From the human T2T-CHM13v2.0 reference genome, Homo sapiens, in the NCBI RefSeq assembly GCF_009914755.1, contig NC_060936.1: a stretch of 64,000 nucleotides of DNA; one strand, written 5' to 3'. The notes under the pieces are model-generated. The model saw only the letters and a list, made by a program, of their open reading frames with translations. It was not told the DNA's origin and made no database searches. Positions 60,772-64,000 of the stretch are shown in pieces. Numbering within the stretch: the stretch's first letter is position 1; every line of letters begins with the position of its first letter. Made by a program: the position numbers and the translations under genes.

Positions 60772-61660
60772 AGGATATTAGACATTTGTCAGATGGGTAG
60801 ATTGCAAAAATGTACAAGAAAAAATAACCCATCAGAAAGTGAGCAAAGAATATGAAAGACACTTCTCAAAAGAAAACATTTATATGGCCAAGAAACATGA
60901 TAAAAAGCTCAACATCACTGATCATTAGAGAAATGCATATCAAAACCACAATGAGATACCATTTCATGCCAGTCAGAATGGCGATTATTAAAAAGTCAAG
61001 AAACAAAAGATGTGAGGCTGTGGGGAAATAGGAACGCTTTTACACTGTTGATAGGAAAGTAAATTACTTCAATCATTGTGGGAGACAGTATGACAATTCC
61101 TCAAGGATCTAGAATCAGAAATACCATTTGACCCAGCAATCCCATTACTGAGTATATACCCAAAGTATTATAAATCATTCTACTCTAAAGACACATGCAC
61201 AAGTATGTTTATTACAACACTATTTACAATGGGAAAGTCATGGAACCGACCCAAATGCCCATCAATGTTAGACTGGATAAAGAAAATGTGGTACATATAC
61301 ATCATGGAATACTACAGAGCCATAAAAAGGAATGAGATCATGTCCTTTGCAGGGACATGAATGAAGCTGGAAGCCATCATCCTCAGCAAACTAACACAGG
61401 AACAGAAAACCAAACACCGCATATTCTCACTCGTAAGTGGGAGGTGAGCAGTGAGAACACATAGACACAGTGAGGGGAACAACACATACCAGGGCCTATT
61501 GGGAGTTGGGGGGCGAGGGGAGAGAACTGAGAGGATGGGTCAATAGGTGCAGCAAACCACCATGGAACACATATACCTATGTAACAAACCTGCATTTTCT
61601 GCACATGTATCCTGGAACTTAAAGTAAAATAAAAAATAAATAATAAAAATAAAAACAAGA
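60772..61660 (+). mobile_element. L1PA8-like 3' end with a short 5' inversion
   Basis: Antisense L1 piece 60772-60810, then sense ORF2 end, 3'UTR and A-rich tail. Confidence 0.88.
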
Positions 61661-62053
61661 AAAGAAAATGTGGCATATATACACCTTGGAATACTACTCA
61701 GCCATAAAAAGGAATGACATAATGTCTTTTGCAGCAACTTGGATGGAACTGGAGACCATTATTCTAAATGAAGTAACTCAGGAATGGGAAACCAAATATT
61801 GTATGTTCTCAGTTATAAGAGGGAGCTAAGCAATGAGGATGCAAAGGCATAACAGTAGTATAATGGACTCTGGGGACTCGGGGGAATGGTTGGGAGGGGA
61901 ATGAGGGTGACACTACATATGGGGTACAGTGTACACTCCTTGGGTGACAAGTGTACTAAAATCTCAGAAATCACCACTAAAGAACCTCTCCATGTAACCA
62001 AAACCACCTGTACCCCCAAAACTCATGAACTAAAAAAAATCACTAAAAAAAAA
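61661..62053 (+). mobile_element. L1PB (PB2/3-like) 3' end
   Basis: gaagtaactcaggaatgg...atctcagaaatcaccactaaagaac; A-tail. Confidence 0.85.
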
Positions 62054-62224
62054 GTTATAGGGCTGACAAGTTCCAACTTGTACAGGAAAAAAGATGAGTA
62101 TGCTTTTTAAGATAAAAATAATGTTTGTAAGTAAAGAAAAAAACTATTTTAATTCCACGTACCTATAAACATTATATAGTTCTTTAATTAATCAATTTTC
62201 TCTTTTCTTTCTGCTGTTTTTCAG

Positions 62225-62366
62225 ATCTTCTTGACACTCCTGTCATTCAGCTATGTTGCTAAAGCACTAGCTGGAATTTTTATGAAAATATCAACCACTC
62301 AAATAGAAAGGAGATTTGAGATATCCTCTTCTCTTGTTGGTTTAATTGATGGAAGCTTCGAAATAG
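62225..62366 (+). CDS. SLCO1B7: OATP1B-family transporter exon (TM1 and the start of TM2); contains the SLCO1B7 start ATG at 62282
   Basis: tttcag|ATC...ATAG|gtagct, 142 nt, IFLTLLSFSYVAKALAGIFMKISTTQIERRFEISSSLVGLIDGSFEIG. MKISTTQIERRFEI matches SLCO1B7 as recalled, not 1B1 (MKSSIIH) or 1B3 (MKISITQ..FDI). Confidence 0.92.
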
Positions 62367-62430
62367 GTAGCTTTTTATTTTCTATTTTAATAACCATACT
62401 TGCATATGTTAAAAAAAAAACTGTTTTTAA

Positions 62431-62654
62431 CACTTGGCTCTCAGCCAGGTGTAAATTTGTCCCTCATGAGCAATTTGGCAATATCTGAAGGCATTTTTAG
62501 TTGCCATAAATAAGCTGAGGAAGGGAGGATGCTACTGGTACCCAGGGGTAGAGGCCAGGGATGCTGTTAAACATTGTGCAATGCACTGGACAGACTTACC
62601 AACAAAGAACAATCCTTCCCAAAATGTCTATAGTGATGATGTTGAAAAACTCTA
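62431..62654. mobile_element. MER20 (hAT-Charlie) fossil
   Basis: tttggcaatatctg..., gggtagaggccagggatgctgttaaacat, cccaaaatgtc. Confidence 0.85.
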
Positions 62655-63449
62655 ATCCTACACAAACTCATTGTTTGCAAATTAATGCCTTGTGAAGCTT
62701 TACCTCCCTTGCCTCAAGGTGCCCCTGTGTGAAGAAAGGCTGAGGGAGGACTATAATTCTTATGGTTTTAGGAGGGAGGGACTGTATAGGAGCAACCTAC
62801 ACTAGATTCTAGTGTTTAACGGGGTACACAATTGAGGGGTTAAAGTCTTTTTGGGGGAACGTTGAAGATATTGCTTTGTTGCCTTCATTTTAATTTGTAT
62901 TTCTGCAACAATAGTGAAGTTTTAAATAATAATTGAAATTTTTTTCTTATGTATTGCTAGCTCACAGTCTCTGCTAAATTTACCTCTTCTTTTCACTTTC
63001 TAATTATTTAGAGGGACCTCCCAATTGTCTGTTACATAAACTGCAAATATTTTATACGATTTTTGTTTCTAATGTAACTGTATTTACAATATGCTTAACT
63101 AATAATATTTTAAAAGTAATTGTCAAAGGAAGACATCTCTTTAAATCAGTTCAAAATATTTGTGATTCAAAGATATTACACTTTACATGTCCTTCACTCT
63201 TTCACCTCTCAGGCTCAATGAAATCATCAAGGATTTTAGAATTAGAATGTTATTAGTTTTAAAGTTTAATTCACTGAATGTCTCCTTTTGTTAATAAATT
63301 GATCCTTCATATTTTTGTTAAACTTTGCACCTGTTTAACAGCACTTATTTGAACATCACTATCAGTTTTGTTTCTTTGCTTACCTCTGTTTCTTGAATCT
63401 TGTGACTTCAAATCTCATCTTTAGTCTTTCTGGAATATAGCTTCATGTG

Positions 63450-63788
63450 TAGATGACCTTCTGTATACACAGTTCCCACATCCATGGATTCAGCCAACCG
63501 TGGATGCAAGATATATTCAAAAAATATAAAAATTAAAAAGTAGCAATACAATTGTAAAAATAATACAAATAAAAGCAACACAGAATAACAACTATTTACA
63601 TAGTATTTACATTATATTAAGTATTAGACGTTATCTAGATTTGATATAAAGTATACAAGAGGGTATGGATAGGGGATAGGTTATATGCAGTATTACACCT
63701 TTTTACTTAAGGAACTTGAACATCCACAAATCTTGGTATCTACAGAGCATCCTAGAAGCAATACCCCATGGACACTAAGGGATGACTG
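63450..63788. mobile_element. MER2 (Tigger family) fossil
   Basis: catccatggattcagccaaccgtggat...ccccatggacactaagggatgactg|ta. Confidence 0.85.
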
Positions 63789-64000
63789 TAATTATTTTTT
63801 TAGGAAGAATTTAAAATGTGGCATATTATCTTGGAAAATGTGCTTATTTGACTACCATATTTAAGTGATAAATTGTCTGGATATGGAATTAAACATTCAA
63901 AATCTCTTTTTCTCAAAACGTTTAAATTATTTATCTACTGTTTTATAACATTCAGTGTTGTATATAAGAAATTAATGCCATTGTAATTTTTATGCACTGA

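Noticed and set aside
62231-62488. 85-aa ORF as a complete gene
   Set aside because: Homology stops at the GT donor at 62367; the rest is intron and MER20 read-through, and the ORF starts at a TTG codon.

Overview
Primate (most likely human) genomic DNA, AT-rich and almost entirely interspersed repeats, from the SLCO1B (OATP1B) transporter cluster. The only host-gene coding sequence is two + strand pieces of one SLCO1B paralogue, which I identify as SLCO1B7. The first is a dead first coding exon at 9295-9442 that the ORF track misses (MD*NQHLNKTAEAQS*ENKKTRHCDGFK: two nonsense codons and an altered acceptor). The second is an intact 142-nt exon at 62225-62366 containing the MKISTTQIERRFEIS start of SLCO1B7. 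The ~52.8 kb intron between them holds L1PA/L1PB/L1M elements, Alus, a MER4-group ERV remnant, a two-LTR MST provirus, MLT LTRs and DNA-transposon fossils. Best lead: a full-length antisense L1PA6-like element carries an open, extended ORF0 with a phase-0 splice donor that would fuse in frame to the 62225 exon and replace the dead exon. This is a hypothesis only; no expression evidence is available here. Other oddities: a young L1 with a 3' transduction and a 56-bp fold-back copy of its target; an L1 holding an inverted copy of an L1 3' end; a triplicated target site; two L1s 51.6 kb apart sharing non-consensus variants; and a chimeric Alu. Repeat subfamilies and paralogue sequences were recognised from memory, not by search, and old-repeat boundaries are approximate.
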